Shown here one piece after another: positions 26,908-41,900 of a DNA stretch of 64,000 bases. The notes under the pieces were generated by a model. That model had not been told where the DNA came from. It searched no databases and saw only the letters and a program-made list of their open reading frames with translations. A program made the position numbers and the translations under genes. Source of the stretch: Lytechinus pictus (lineage: Eukaryota); the NCBI RefSeq assembly GCF_037042905.1, contig NC_087251.1, forward strand, positions 43,650,001 through 43,714,000, read 5' to 3'. How positions within the stretch are numbered: the first letter of the stretch is position 1; every line of letters begins with the position of its first letter.

Positions 26908-29900
26908 CATGCCATAGTACTATAGTTGTACATTGTAGTTCAAACTTTTTTGCCTGTTAAGGTCAGACAACACAGAAAGAATTGTATTTCTATGAATAAG
27001 TGACAGGAGGCTTAGCTTGGCTTTTGTTCAAAAGATAGAACGCCCTTGAAGTCGACAGATTGCCTTGAACCTCTCATTCACAATGGTTGAACAGGTCACC
27101 CATTCAACTGGAACAAACTGTATGTGCCACTAATGCACTTTCCTATCCATGACAGCAGGTCCTATTCACATATGAAGTTTTATCCAATCCTATAAGAAAT
27201 GGAGATGGTTCCTAATCGTATTAAACTTGTCCCCATGCAAATATGAACAATCTAGATGTTGATACTCGTTAAGTGCTATCATGTCAATTACAATATCAAT
27301 ATAGCACGCTGTCACATTTCACATTCTTAACTAAAACGTTTCATTCAAAATGGATATCATGATTTCGCAAAAATAAAACTTCATTTCTGCAAGCAGATAT
27401 AACTTTCTGACTAGCTGACATCGATTATTTTTCAAGCCATTCACACCACATACATTGTGATTTATCTCCGCTGCCATAGACTTAGACATTCTAAGAAATG
27501 TTTGAAACCAACTCCTGCACATTCCTAATATGTAATAATTCAACATGAAAACAAAAGTGTAATAGATAATAAGGTTGAGAGGCAATCTTGCTCTAATGAA
27601 AATTATCTGGTATGCAAGCAACCCTATATAGATCACAAACCTCTTGTAAAGGATATAATCTAATTTCCTTCTAGCCACTTCGCCTGGAAGTCATTACATG
27701 ATGGGCATGCTCAATGCCTGTCTAACTACTGTTTCAAATTATCCATCTGTTAGCATTATTCACGAAGTGCAGAAGTAATATTCATATACAGCAGGAGTAT
27801 ATACAGGAAAGACTTTGCAAAGTCAGTTTATGTACATCCAACACAGCTTCTATAAGACTACCACTTTCTTCTCACAAGATATTCTTCGTAATGAATTACT
27901 TAAGGTGAATATTACTTCCTTTCTCTAGTAGATGACGGGATAAAGTCATTGGGTGATTTCAAGTACGGTGTTGAAATCTAGTGTTGGTGTTGTGACACCA
28001 CCAACACCAGCCACAACACCGTACTTGAAATCATGCTGGTGTTCGGATTGACCTCTGAAAATATATTTCCGGCAGTTCGTGTTGAGCGCTGGTGTTGAAT
28101 GTCTGCTGAACCGAGCTTGTGTTGACGATCTACGTGTAATTTCCCCATTTATCAACACCAACCCCTAGGGATTGGGAAAATCATGATTTCAAGTTTGGCG
28201 ATGGTGCTGATGAACTGTAGCTCACGAACAGGTGGCGAACACATGGAAACATCTCTGTATAATTATCTTTTACAGTTAAGATGAGCGAAAATCATTAGGA
28301 TTTTATACATTTTAATGAAAAATTATATTATTTACGCTTTTTGAAACTTGCGGTGATTTTAATCTTCGCATTATGTACAATAAGATTTAATTGCTGTTTC
28401 TCCCCGATTTCACTTCCGTCGTCAAGAATTTCCCGCGTAAAGTTGAGATGATCAGCAGCGCAGGGCAGAGGCGTGACGTCATAGGCTATCAATAACACGA
28501 TCGGTATCGTTCCTCTGAACAACCCAGCTCGGTGTTGGAGCTCAGTTTAAGTGCCTTTTCACGCTCTCAACACCAACAACAAACACCGTACTTGAAATCA
28601 CCCAATCATTACATCAAACCGTTTGCCAAGGTAGTTTTATTATTTTCTGAAGTCAGGGCATTATTAATATTATTGCAAAATTATATTGAAAGGTTGGATA
28701 TCTATCAGAAATAACATCCCTCTCTTTTTCTGCTTTTTTAAAACCAACTTTACACCAGATCTTTTTTTAAGAAACAGTGATTAAGCATTTTAATTGTCTC
28801 GTTAGTTTAAAAGCAAAATACAAAATATATCAATATCATCCGCTCCATTTTCATCATGCTTATTATTTTCGCCAAATTTCTCTTTCAATATTCTCTCCTA
28901 AAAGTACAGGAAACGCAAACAGATGAAAACACCAATTGGATGGAGAAAAAAAAACTTGGGATAGGAGCATGTGGAATGGTCTTGGAGGCCATAGTTTCCC
29001 TCATAGCCAGCTATAATTGATAAGAATAACAAGTTTGGGATGAAATTGAGCAGTTCACGTTTCTAATTACAGATTCGGATAATTCAATTATGCAGCTCTG
29101 CTCACTACCTCCTGGCAGAGGCATGAAATTTAATGTAGCTTTTATGGTAAGTTGCTGTTCATTGCAGATCGAGAGCTTTACTTACTAACTCCCTCTCTCT
29201 CTCTCTCTGTTTTTCTTCTCTGTGTCTTTCTCCTTGTCTCTATTCCTTCCCTTCTCTCTATATATCTCTCATTCAATCTCTCTTAACATCAATTGGAAAA
29301 TCAAAGTAAATACACAAAGAAGAAAAACAAGATAACATTTCATGACTGCATGTCTGCCTTTTTTGAGATACAAGATGGACATACTTTAAAAAAAAAACCT
29401 CTCAATCCATACAATACAACATGAAGATTACTGAGTTAAGAAACACAGCGGGAACTTACAATAAATTGAACCGATGCTAACAATAGAATAAAGATATATT
29501 CAAGCGCGAACGGTCATGCAAATCTCTGAATTAATCATTTGCTTGAGCGAATGTGCTGTGGCCCATGGGCATGTCCATTTGTCTCTACATGCTTGAAGAA
29601 TATTGTTTATTATGTTATAAATCTCGTCTTTTTAATAAGATTTTTAGCGCCCGTTCACAACCTCCGCGCCCATGCAGAAAACGTACCGCTAGTACTGCGA
29701 CGGATGGTGGTAGTAGTTCGGCTATTGCTCACCACTTGCTGAGCAACCAAGCACGTGCTGAGCAATACTGTTCATCTTGGTTTAAGGTGCTCAGCCGAGC
29801 AAGGAGTTTCACTCGTTTGCGCATGCTCGAGGCAGCGTATATCCAGTAAACAGACCCAATTCTGCGCCACCAGAAGGAGTTCGTCAGAACCCTTGCGTCA

Positions 29901-32900
29901 TTTTAGTTGCTTCGCTTCAGTTTCCGGCTGGTACCAAGCCTAGCTTGTATACCTTGACTTCCAATCATGGCTCGCCATTTAGCGTCCATTGTCTAGTTTC
30001 GGTTCTATTATATATTGTTTTGCTCGAGCGTTTTAGTCATTCATGCAATTTTACTCCGATGAGTGCATGTCGAAAAGCTTCAGTATGTCCGTTTTTAAGG
30101 CTATTTTATAATAGATTTTTCTTTGAGAATTTCCATTACACACTAAATGCAAAGAATTTAGATTAAAACCTGATCATCTGCATGTGAATAGTAACCAGCT
30201 GAACATAATATTTTTATTCAAACCTTGTGGATTAGAATTCAAAGCGAAAATATTCTTTTCCTTGTCACTTCTCAATTTATAGTGAACATCGCCAGTAGAT
30301 CGTGTCTGTCAAGATCAGAATTCCTCTTAAGTTATTGTCACTCTTACATCATTCATCGTTAAAAAATTCTTACATCTTGAGTTAGAAGTGATATTCTGAA
30401 TGATCGACAGAGATCAAACAAATTAATGATTCAACACATACAAATTTTCAATTAAATCAAAATCCAAGATTAGGAGGAAAAAAATAGTATAAAATTTTCT
30501 GCCACTGAATGTTGATTACAGGTCTGCAAAACCGTATACATGTCCCAGACAGGGGAAAAATAAACGGGGGCTGGGAGCGATTTGCCCCCCCCCCCCGAAA
30601 GAGCCCTGTAAATCCCCATTCATCTCAACATAAAAGCTTATCCAATGTTGCAGATTTAGTCACTAAGAGGCCGTTCTCATTACGCTTTCTAAAACTAGTT
30701 TACTGGAAACCGATTCAGGAAACCACTTTGGAAGATCGCTTTGCTAGCGTTCCCACTTGATTACACAAAAGTGGTTTTCAAAATCACTTCACGTAAAGCG
30801 CTCTTGTTGCTGTGGAAATGCTCTCAGTGGGTGACACGGTTTTGCGCGAAATTCGAAACCGCAGCATAGGCATTCTACACCTGTCATGTGGAGTAACGCG
30901 CTCAAAATGTGCGAAGATCGCTTCCCGAAGAACGGTTGTGTCCTCACTTACGCTAAAACCAGTTTAACGAGGCAAAGCGATCTTGAAAACTACATCGCGA
31001 GGTGGTTTTCTAAACTGGTTTGGAAGATCGCTTCCAAGACCGCTTCGACCGTTCTCACTACGCGTTAAACTAGTTTCCACTAAACTAGTTTCCAGTAAAC
31101 TAGCTTTAGGAACGTAGTGAGAACAGCCTCTAAGTTGTGGAGAGTAGCCCCGAAAACAAAAAATGTAAATTTTCTGCCTGGTCCAAGACTCGGGGATACA
31201 GTGAGATGTGAAGATGAGATGCAGTGTATGATGTGGAGACTCCATTCTATCAGAGATCATTTATATATAACAAATGGCTACTGCCTCTGGAGCCTATTAC
31301 AAGTGATTTGTCACATGTTACTTGGCGCTGTATTCGGGTACACGCTAATGGATTTGAAAACTGAAGACTTATCATTCCTGTCAGGGATCATGCTGGTTTG
31401 CACGCCAGAGGGCAATGCTTCCATTTACTCTTGTTCTCAACCTCTTTTCTTATTAACACACGAAAGGACAGAAGTCGACGAAGGAGTAATATTCTGATAA
31501 CCAATTGGAGGTGGTTCTCTTTTCATTACCCTATTTATTGCTCAGGAATGAAATGAAAATAAAACAAAACATGGACATAATAAAAGAAAAAAATTGTAAT
31601 AGGGAATATCAATTGAGACATACTGCATGAAAAGGTTGGAAAAAGAATGTACATTTAGAGAAAGATAAAGTATTATAAATATGGACTTCCTAAAGGAAAA
31701 TGGAAAGTATATAGGGTCTTGGGTGTACAATATACAGTTTGCACTTTTTTTATATTTTGAAATAACCTGAAAATGCAATTTCAACAATTACACACTTGAC
31801 TGATTTCATCCATAATTTTCATTATTGAGGGTGTTTTTTTCCAAAATGCAATATTTCCATAAAAATCTAATATTATTATCTTTTCTCAATTTCTATGTAA
31901 CCCATATTACCATGCCCTAAAAGTGCCCTCTATGAGTTGACAGGATAGTGTCATAACTTTTGCTGATTCAGCGCTACTAAAATACGATATTCCGACTTGG
32001 AAGAAATCCAGCCTGCATCAATAATGCACAACTTAAAGTGCAGTGATATTTTCATAAATATTGTTTTTCGTCTTCCATTTCACTTTCTATTTTGGTATGC
32101 CGATTTGTCAGCACCATGGGCTAGCACTAATGTACATCCTCTTTAAGGGGTCAGGCCAAGAAATCGCACCGCGGACAACATGACACCTGGCCCCATCTTA
32201 CAAAGAGTTATGATTGATCCGATCAACCACAACTATGGAAAGCCAGCAACGTCAACATCTAAAATGCAAATTTGTTCAAAATATTTTCTAGATATGATGC
32301 ATATACATACATTAATTGTTCTCTTGAAGATTCAGTGTGATTCTCTTTGATTACTGAGGAGATTGTGCAAATTTCCTGTAGAAATTTTTTGGTAAAGATG
32401 GATTTCCATACAGTTGAGATTGATTGGATCAATCGTAACTCTTTGTAAGACATAGCCCAGGAATATGCACCACTTCCAAGTTCTGATACCAGTGGCTTAC
32501 ATGAATTTATATTTGAATTGTTATCTATCAGATTGAACTTAAAAAACCCCCATTTTTAAGGACGTTCCACAGTTAAAGTGAAATCCATGCCATTTTTACC
32601 AAACTTTGCACATAGATACTTTAGAACCTTAATATTCGAAATATGAAAAAATTAACATAGGTCCATGTGCTTGATTTTTTGCTGTAGAGCTTCAAAGTTC
32701 ACCCAAATTGATGTTCTTAAGAATTGCGCATTAAAAAGAATTTGGCATTTTTAGACCTCGCAAGAATAGTACAATGAGTTTAAACCTCTATTACTCAGTC
32801 AAAATACATGAAAAAGTCATCAAATTTCGCAAGAGAGTTAATAATTGTATCGTTAGAATGGAGAATCTATGTATGGTGCTATTTGTTTGCAACTTTAAGT

Positions 32901-35900
32901 CTAACAGCACAGTCAGTTCTTAAAAATGGCGAAAAAGAAAACAAAAACCCAATCTCAAAAATGTGAAATTTCAATAACAGACTACAAAAGTACAATAAAT
33001 GCTGCACTTTATTCAAAATCCATGTCATTTTCACCAAAATTTGCAAGGTTGTAGAGGAAGCTATACCTAAGAGGTACAAACATTAAAAAATAGGGGTTCA
33101 TGTGCTTGTTTTCAAACTATCAGCATTTTTATTAGAGCAAATGTGCTTTTTAAAACACCAAAAATGCGCCAAATGCTTTGTATCTATGTGAAGAAAAATC
33201 AAAACCACTCTACTATTTATTCAAACTTGGGGTCATATTCGTGATTCTTGGCAGTACTGCAGAGTAAAGTATCTTGAAATTGTAGAGATATTTTTTTAAT
33301 GATCCATGGAATAATTCCATTTTTTTAGCTTCATAAAATAACGCATCGGATCTGCAGTTAGGGTGCAGATGATGAGAAAAATCAGCTCATATCCACAGCT
33401 AATTAATCACCTGTTCATCCATTGTGACGTCAGCGCGCAGAGTGTTAAATATGCGCAGATCATAATGCGCACAAACATAACTGTGGAACGTCCTTAAACT
33501 ACAAAATATCTCATTGAAATCAATTACGAACAACATCTCCAATGTTGTTTGTCACTCAGTTACTCTGGAAATTTCCCCCTTTCCCAACGTAAATGGCTGA
33601 TCATTGAAAGCTGCATTTCATTAATCAATCTGGTACCAAGTGTCTTGCCACTAACTTTATACTGGCGGGTGCTGTCTAGAGTTTCTTATTACAACTAGCT
33701 ACAATTTTTTTACTAATTTCCTTCTTGTAGTTTATAATAATAATAAGCATAAATTTATATAGCGCAGCTTTTATATGGATATATTCAGCTGCGCTTGTTC
33801 AGAGCTCTTTTTACTTATGTCTACGCAGCATATTTTCTTAACTAAAGAGATACGTTTTTAGTTTTGATTTGAAGAGAGCCAAGGATGGAGAGCTTCTTAT
33901 ATCAATTGGCAGGCTATTCCATAGTTTGGGGGCAGCAAGTGCAAATGCACGATCACCAAGTGTGACTTTTGTTTTGTGAAATGGGATCTGAAACAATAAT
34001 TTATCTGTGGAACTTCGCAGGCTTCGACTGTGTGATTGGGTTTTAAGTTTGAGTAATTCTGTAATGTAATGTGGGGCTTGACCGATTAATGATTTGTATA
34101 CAATTAACAGAATTTTGAATGAAATTCTTTGACGTACAGGCAACCAGTGGAGTTCTCTCAGAAGAGGTGTAGTGGAACTGAACTTTGGGACACGGTAGAT
34201 AAGTCTTGCACATGAATTTTGGACTCTTTGTAACTTAGAAATAAGACTATCAGGCATTCCAAACAACAAACCATTGCAGTAATCAAGCTTACTTGTAATC
34301 AGAGCATGTGCCACCAGTTTGATACTTTCTTGATCAAAGTATTTGCGAATGCGCCGAAGAGATAATATGTTGATTTGCATACATTTGTGACCTGGGTTTC
34401 CATATTGAGGTTTGTATCAAAATAAACTCCTAAATTCCTTGCAGTATCAGATGGTTTGACATTGGATACTCCAATTTGTATACAGTTGATATTAATTTTA
34501 GAGATCTGCTGTGAGGTGCCGATGAGCAAAAATTCACTTTTGCTATCATTTAATTTCAGATTATTGTTGAGCATCCAGCTACGAATGAAACAGATACATT
34601 GTTCCAGCCTTGAAACACTTGTGTCTGCAGTCTAAAAGTCTAAAAGATATATACAATTGTGTGTCGTCGGCATAACAATGACAAAAAACTTCAGGAAAAT
34701 TATTCTGAGTGGTATTAATAAGGCTACTTGTGTATAAAGCAAAAAGCAATGGACCGAGTCATGAGCCCTGGGGCACGCCAAAAGGTACTGGGAAAGAATC
34801 TGAGACGGTACCATCAATAACAACTTTTTGATGCCGATCAGACAAGTATGACTTGATCCAGTTGAGAGCAACACCATTGATACCGAAACAGTTATGCAAA
34901 ATTTCCAAAAGTCTGGTGTGGTCTATAGTATCAAATGCGCTACTTAAGTCTAGTAATACTAGAAGAGTGACTTTCTGATTGTCCATTGCCATCAGAATAT
35001 CACTCTTAATCCTAAGTAGCGCAGTTTCTGTGCTATGATATTGTCTATATGCGGATTGGTTGGATGGAAGAAGTGAATTGCTATTGAGGAACTGTAAGAT
35101 TTGTTGAGTGGCTGCACCGTCTACCAATTTTGAAATATATTGTAAGTTGCTTACAGGTCTTAGGTTACAGAATTCAGGATCTAGACCTGGCTTTTTCAAA
35201 AGAGGTGAAACTAGGGCTACTTTCCATTCATTAAGAAAATGACCTGTAGACAGGGAGACATTGATCATAGACGTAAAAACAGGAAGTATAACATCAATAT
35301 GTTGCATAATAATATTTGTTGGAAGTGGATCAGCAGAGCAAGACTTCTTAGTGAGCTTCATCACAAGTTGCCTTACTTCTCGTTCTGATAAAAGTTTAAA
35401 TTTATCAAACCTAATATTTTCGGGTGCTGGAGATAGACCAGATGAATCAGTATCAATACCATCAATAAAATTCTTCATTCTTTTTCTTTAACTTTTTTTC
35501 CTGAAATGCTTTTTAACAAATTATGAATATCTCTTCAGGCTTCAGTTTCTATCTTAAGCAGCAGTAAATTAAGAACCAGGAAGAATTTTTGTTTCTATCC
35601 TCCTACAAATACTAGGTCTATATAATTTCTAAGTTATGATATTTCAAAAACTTAACCTTGGTTAAGATTTTAATGTTGACGCCGCTGCCGCCACCATCGG
35701 AAAAGCGGCACCTATAGTCTCGCTCTGCTATGCAAGCGAGACAATAAATAATAAAATTTCCTGCCCTTCAGAAAGTGGCATCTACACATAGGGCACATAT
35801 CCCCTTGCCCTTCCCCCCCCCCTCCACATGCCACTGGGTGTCAAGAACACAGAATAGGTTTCAGTCCGTCATACCATCGAAGGTAAGATATACTTCATTC

Positions 35901-38900
35901 CATACTACAATTCCATTTACAAAAAAATCTAATTAAGAAGCACTTTATACTTGCTGTACATACCTTCTCGTATCCTCTCTACACTGTACAAACCACGCAT
36001 TCTACCATCATCCATGAACCAATCCAATAATGTAACCCTCAATTATTGATGATGAAGTGCGTTTAAGAACCAAGCCACCTCAATACCTACTGCCTGACCA
36101 CAAGACGTAAAGCTAAATGACAGTAGTTGCAGTAAAATACTGATTCGTGAGAAAGTCTGTAAAACCAAGGTTAAGTATTACTATATCATCGTGGATCTAG
36201 ATCTGGTACAGTTACATAAACTGAACTTTGTGAAATCATAATATCTAAGCTAAAAAACTATCACACTTAAGATCGTCAACACAGATAGGCACACGTGGGA
36301 CAGTGTATTATTATTGCTGGAATAAAGACCAGACGGAAGTGACAGAATCCGCGCTTATTTTGCTTATTTCTCAGCAATTACACAATTTCTTCCAGAATCC
36401 TTTGGCACATATTTTTTATTCATACAGACACTTTGGTGATCATTATACTAAATTCTGTAAAAAGTCATTTTGAGATCGTCCCCACAACTGGAATTTATCT
36501 TTAAGGTCTTGTTGGGTTAGTACATTTCCTTGTTGTACCTATTATTAGATTTCATCTTCGCTTCTTGAAGATATTCCTTGAAAGCCAATGTTGTTATTCT
36601 TTTCCTTATCTTTTCTTCATTCTTTTTCTTTAACTTTTTTTCCTGAAATGCTTTTTAACAAATTATGAATATCTCTTCAGGCTTCTTTAATGCAGGCATT
36701 CAAGACAATAACATTGCAAATAACAGATATTAAAATGTCAAATGGTTAAAGTGATCAAATATTGATCTTAGAATCAAATTTAAAGACTTTGTGCGATAGA
36801 TAAACAAAGTAATCAGGTCATGGAATAGTATGCACAAAAATAAAAGCATTTCTATTCAAATGTCTTTTTTTATAAATAAACAGAAAATACACAGCAGAGA
36901 GAACTGGTATTAGTGTGAAAAAAAATCTGGTCAACCTTTTTAATTTTGAAATCTGATATAAGGAATCCTATCTATTTCTGCAATACTGTTCTGATATCGT
37001 AATAGGAATAGCTAAATGTAACAATTTATTTTTATCAAATAGAACTATTATAGTGCTATTTAAAGAAGCACAATGATTTGTACATGCAGGGATTTGCCCT
37101 GGTACATGTAAATGCTGTATAAAATTGTTACACAACACTTTTTTTAGTATCTGAACCATACAGGAGTTGTAACAAAGTTTAATTTCCAACATTTACATTA
37201 ATTTTGTTTAAACTGTTAAACAACTACTTTAAGGTCATATAGTAAACAACATTGTATACAATTTCAAATGTTCATTTTTACTGTGCGTGTATCAACAAGT
37301 GGAGCTATTGTGCTTCTCTGGTCGAAATAAAAAATGGATACATAACATTACAGTATAGTATAGCAAATCATTTTTTTTCCATACAAAAACTTTCATGTGG
37401 TAAAGAATGTGAGAAATCATATTTCAATAAATTCACCCACATCGGGCTGAGAAAGAGGTCAGGAATTAATTAATCCAAGGTCATGCCTCAATGCCCCTTT
37501 TATTGACCTTAGATATCTTCTCCGTCCATTTACACATTTCCCTTTTGTAGTGCCCCCTTCTTCTTTTTTTTAAGTGGACTTGCGCCCTAAAAAGCATACA
37601 TGACAGGGAGATGCATTTTAGAAGAATATTTTTGTAAGATACCTTATTTGAAATAGCATAACATGGTTTTTTTTTTTAAGTGGACTTGCGCCATAAAAGT
37701 ATACCTGAGAGGGAGATGCATTTTAGAAAAATATATTTGTAAGATACTTTATTTGAAATAGCATAACATGTTTTTTTTCTTCTATACCCTGCAGTGTCCT
37801 CATTCAAGTCACATACATGTCAAAATGTTAATTTCATTCTGCACTGAGCAAACACGGTAAACTCGAAGGAATGCATCTTCTCGGTGGACTTTTCTCATCT
37901 TGGCATAATGCCAGCAAATCAAGTTTGTATATATCCTTTAATAGCTCTTCTTGCTTGTAGTTCTTTTTTCAATACAGGAATACGAAATTTGCTCTTATTT
38001 CAAGTGGATTTTAAAAGGCTGATTATTCTTTATTTTTAAAGAGATATATATTTGATATTATATATCATTAAAATGTTGTGCTTGTAGAGCTAGTCTATTT
38101 CTTTAAGATGCTGATATGATCAGAGGTATGATCAAAAATTATAAGAGCTGAAAAAAGCTGAAATCGAAAGAATTTCCAAGCCTTCCATACTTCTGTACAG
38201 CAGAAAGCTAAAATAAGCTAAACCTTAGCTGAAAATAAAAATCAAGGAGAGCTGAAATCAGCTTTAAAAAATTACCTCTCACACCCTGTATCAAATTAAA
38301 TACATGAAACTTAGTTGAAACCTTAAAGGAGAATGAAACTATTGGAGCAAGATAGCTTTTGTGAAAGCAGAAAAATTAAAGAATAAGATCAACAAAAGTT
38401 TGAGTAAAATAGGACTAGCAATAGAAGAGTTGTGAGCATTTGAATGTCGAGATCACTAATGCTATGGAGATCCTCCCATTGGCAATGCGACCAAGATCTA
38501 TGATGTCACAGATGAACAACTCTCCCCTTTTGGACACTGAAAATATACCCCAAAACATCTCTTTTTGCTCATTCTAATCATATGACAAACGATTCATCAA
38601 TGATATAATGTTGTGAAACCTCTGTACTTGTCCTCTCATAAAGAGAACACCTCATCTTGTGATAGACTCTATAAAAGTGAGAATATAAGTGAAATACGTA
38701 CTAAAGTAATGAGGGAGTTGTACGTGTGTGACATCACAGATCTTGGTCGCATTGCCAATGGGAGGAACTACATGGCATTAGTGATCTCAATATTCAAATG
38801 CTCATAACTTTCTTATTATTCATTCAATCTTCCTCAAACTTTCAACAATATGTTTTCTTTTATTTTTCTCTTTGATATGGATTCAGCTGGTTTCAAGGGT

Positions 38901-41900
38901 TTCATTCTCCTTTAACAATTTTCAATTGCTTCACAAGGCATTTGATTGTATTTTCTTGATCCCAAATTTGCTGGCTTAAGAGTTTCTAACTTTCTTCACA
39001 CGGGTAATAAAAAATATTTGAAGTTCAGTGAGATAGAATCAGCGATTCTTTTGAAATTGAATCCTACAAAGTTTGTATTTTTCCCCCAGGTATTTCAGTA
39101 AGAAATCTTTTGCTTGAGAAATATTTTTCGCAGTCAAGGAATATTCCTGAACTTCTCATTCTTTAGGAGCTTCTGCTTGATATAATTATGATAAAAAACA
39201 TATATCATACTCGACTCTATCAACCTCACACAATGTGACATGCAACGTGGATAATCATTCATTTTGTGTGAACCGAGAATCATTTTATAAAACAAACAGT
39301 CTGTGACTTTCACTGTCGAATCTTCTATCATGTAGAAATCTTTGCATACGATTGGCTAAGAGCAAATTAGTCAGTGAAGTCAGATGACTAATATTTCATG
39401 AAATGTCTCTTTTTTTTGCTGACCACTCCTTAATTGGCCTCCTTAATCATCTCTCTCTCTCTCTCTCATCCATTCTCAATCTTCATTTAAGTCATAAATG
39501 TCGAGCCTCTCATTTATCGCAAACTACCTCCTCATAAATAATCATACCTGGGTATCAATAAACATGCAAAATTCAAGGTGCATGCATATCAATGATATAG
39601 CAGCAGGTTTCCCCTGGCTTCGCTGACAATCGATAGCACGCAATGACATTTACAAAGTTTGCAGTCAATGTTTACTTTTCTTCAAGCTCATCAATAAAAA
39701 AATGTAAGTGTCGAGAAATTGTGAAGTACAGCGTGCATTTTTTATTTGTCAGATTCATGTCATTTTTTCATGTTAAGTGAAACATGGAAGGACTTTATTA
39801 TAATGAAGCAGAAATATATGATGGTTAATATTTAAACTGTAGTACTGTCAGTTCATTCTCCACTCAAGAAAAATTACAGAAAATATTTCTTTGAATTTAC
39901 ACATTGAATCCAATATCTGGTTTAATATTATTTATTTTATGGAGAAAAAAATTACTGGATTTGCAGCTGTGTGAACCCCCCCCCCCCCCAGCAAGCATGC
40001 ATGATTCATTGTTCCTACATGTAATCAACAATACTCGTGATTTCAATTTTTCAAGATTTAATTATCCTAAAATAAAAGTAGTATGTACAGTACTTGTTAT
40101 TTACAAAGCTTTTCTATCCCGCACCTTACAACCACTAAACAGCAAGCACTTTCACAAACAAAAAATGAGCCAAAAACTACACCCAGAACTACGTGACCAA
40201 TCAAGTCCAACTTGTGGTCCCAAATACCCACTATTGTGTAGAGTGTTTGCTCAATTCAGCCATCCAATGCACAGGCTAAACAGACCCGGAGTCATGAGCC
40301 AGGCTTTGGAGTCTCCACACGCTCCCTGTTTGATCGGTGTTTGTTCTTACTACATAAAGCCCATCACGGAGTATTTCCTCAACTTCTTTCCCAGGCAAAT
40401 GTCATCATCATGATGCTATTTGGTGAGCAAATCAAGTCCTTTTGAAGGATATAACTTGTACCCCTCACCCAGAGAACATGTTTTTAAAGGCTTGACTTGC
40501 GAGTGGAACATGCTCTTATCAAATTACATCACATCATGTAAAAATCTTTACCAAAACCTATGGTATGCTGCTGACGAATGTCACTTTCATCTGAACTTAC
40601 ACAACCTATAAGTCTTGAAAAAATATTCAGAATGGATAAATGGCAACTCCACTGGACTTCTAGAATTCCAATTCATACTTCATTACCCTTATGTCGATGT
40701 TTCGATACTTGATTGCTCTTATGTCCAAGTTTCATGAACTAGATCCATAAAATGTCAAAGTTATGACAATTCCGCAAATACCCCCAACATGGCCAAAGTC
40801 CATTGACCCTAAAAGTGACCTTTGACCTTGGTCATGTGACCTGAAGGTCATGTGACCTGAAACTCCCACATGATATTCAGGGATACATTGCTGCTCTTAT
40901 GTCCAAGTTTCATAAACTAGATCCATAAACTTTTAAACAATGATGACAATTCCACAACTACCCCAACATTAACAAAGTTTGTTGACCGTAAATGACCTTT
41001 GACCTTGGTCATGTGACCTGAAACTCTCACATGATGTTTAAGGATACTTGTTTGCTCTTGTGTCCAAGTTTCATGAACTAGATCAATAAAATGTCAAAGT
41101 TATGATGACAATTCCTCTAATACTCCCAACATGGCCAATTTTTTTACCCCAAATGACCTTTGACCTTGGTCATGTGACCTGAAACTCTGGCAGGATCTTC
41201 AGTGATATACTATTACCCTTATTTCTAAGTTTTATGAACTAGGTCCATATACTTTCGAAGTTATGACAACATTTCAAAAACTTAACCTTGGTTAAGATTT
41301 CGATATTGATTCCCCCAACATGGTCTAAGTTCATTGACCCTAAATGACCTTTGACCTTGGATATGTGACCTGGAACTCAGGCAGGATGTTCAGTAATACT
41401 TGATTAACCTTATGGCCAAGTTTCATGAACTAGGTCCATATACTTTCTAAGTTAGGACAATATTTCAAAAACTTAACCTTGGTTATGATTTCAATGTTGC
41501 CGCCGCCGTCGGAAAAGCGGCACCTATAGTCTCGCTCTGCTATGCAGGTGAGACAAAAATGAGTAGCTATTATTAAGGTTTTAATTGCAGTATTGACTAA
41601 AAAATCCTTGGGACAGAATCAAATATGAGTAAAATAAATCCCTATTTATTCTGTGTGGTTTTTTTAATGCTTTCCTCACAAAGTTGGTTTGAATTTGACA
41701 ATTTTTACAATAATATTAGATTCCTGAAGAATGGAGAGAAAACAAGAATCTTCTCTTTAATAGTACAATGACTGTACTCTACAGATTTTTGTATAATAAC
41801 TAATATATGATGCTTACCAGTACTTTCAAACTAGGAAGCTATGTAGGTGGATAATAGGGAAATACACTATAGAGTTCCACCTGCTATATGTAATATAAAA

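Noticed and set aside
26409..26933. 174-aa Thr-rich (mucin-like) ORF and the opposite poly-Val ORF
   Set aside because: Translation of a trinucleotide microsatellite; no splice or domain support.
40680..41559. CRISPR-like regularly spaced repeats
   Set aside because: The sequences between the conserved motifs are homologous to each other (tandem units, not unique spacers), the context is eukaryotic, and no cas genes are present.
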